This document shows, in pieces, positions 55,017 through 55,235 of a DNA stretch of 55,235 bases. Origin of the DNA: an uncultured Candidatus Saccharibacteria bacterium (GTDB taxonomy: Bacteria; Patescibacteriota; Saccharimonadia; CAILAD01; CAZGYV01); assembly GCA_964530725.1 (NCBI GenBank), contig CAZGYV010000004.1:1-55235 (forward strand), in the 5' to 3' direction. The position numbers and the translations under genes were made by a program. The notes under the pieces were generated by a model that was given only the letters and a program-made list of their open reading frames with translations, did not search any database and was not told where the DNA came from. Numbering within the stretch: the stretch's first letter is position 1; each line of letters opens with the position of its first letter.

Positions 55017-55235
55017 GGAGGGAACAAGATGTCGGATGCGAATTTGAGTGAAGGTTCATTTGCATTAAACCATAATAACGCTTCGCAAAATACTTAACTT
55101 GCTTGGGGCAAGCTGGTCTAAGCGTAATATATACTTCCACTTTTATCAAAGTATACAAATTTTTTATCTACTACTTTTGTATTACGGCCAAAAGTAGACA
55201 AAAGCCTTTTCGCGCCTCGGGCTCAAAACAAGAAA

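Noticed and set aside
55029-55097. 22-codon plus-strand micro-ORF (MSDANLSEGSFALNHNNASQNT) with a near-ideal AAGGAGG Shine-Dalgarno 7 nt upstream, divergent from rpsP
   Set aside because: It is too short to support as a gene from sequence alone. The Shine-Dalgarno-like string overlaps the rpsP -35 region and may be coincidental. Recorded in case Ribo-seq data exist.
1-55235. Looked for CRISPR arrays, rRNA genes, transposases/integrases, reverse transcriptases and recognisable defence-system ATPases or nucleases
   Set aside because: I found no regularly spaced direct repeats and no rRNA-like conserved strings. None of the translated ORFs shows DDE/tyrosine-recombinase/RT motifs. The only nuclease or helicase signatures belong to UvrABC and Xth.

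Overview
This is a gene-dense 55.2-kb chromosomal window with about 62 protein genes, one tRNA-Gln(CUG) and no rRNA. I saw no CRISPR array, transposase or integrase. Most core genes lie on the minus strand, often with 1-4-nt start/stop overlaps. The gene content looks like a reduced-genome Patescibacteria/CPR (Saccharibacteria-like) bacterium: split transketolase, a minimal pentose-phosphate/GAPDH operon, compact UvrC/ProRS/Ogt, and giant FN3-bearing surface proteins. That taxonomic call is inference only. From left to right the window contains: a holin-like partial gene; uvrC; two very large anchored surface proteins; uvrA; an orphan gene; uvrB; three orphan plus-strand genes; a 9-gene operon (gap, rpiB, rpe, tktN, tktC, two pfkB kinases, trxB, glutaredoxin-like); VKOR plus DsbA; a pilin-like gene; rpmG; xth; a TolB-like protein; ogt; a HAD hydrolase; proS; GNAT; a DMT transporter; a GC-richer accessory block (two DoxX-like proteins, an FAD oxidase, an MFS transporter, SHOCT, a NirK-like copper nitrite reductase); a two-component system with an ABC-2 exporter; a second ABC-2 exporter; tRNA-Gln; a class II RNR (nrdJ) with NrdR boxes; an esterase-like protein; and trmD, an orphan gene, a KH protein and rpsP. 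The most unusual signals are two ORF-free regions that are very dense in helices. One spans 37776-38505 (730 nt). The other spans about 32040-32280 and carries a duplicated hairpin module with compensatory stem changes. I cannot assign either region to an RNA family I know. Also notable is a shared Cys-x4-6-Cys aromatic C-terminal tail on both giant surface proteins. All functional calls rest on motifs recognised by eye; no database search was run.
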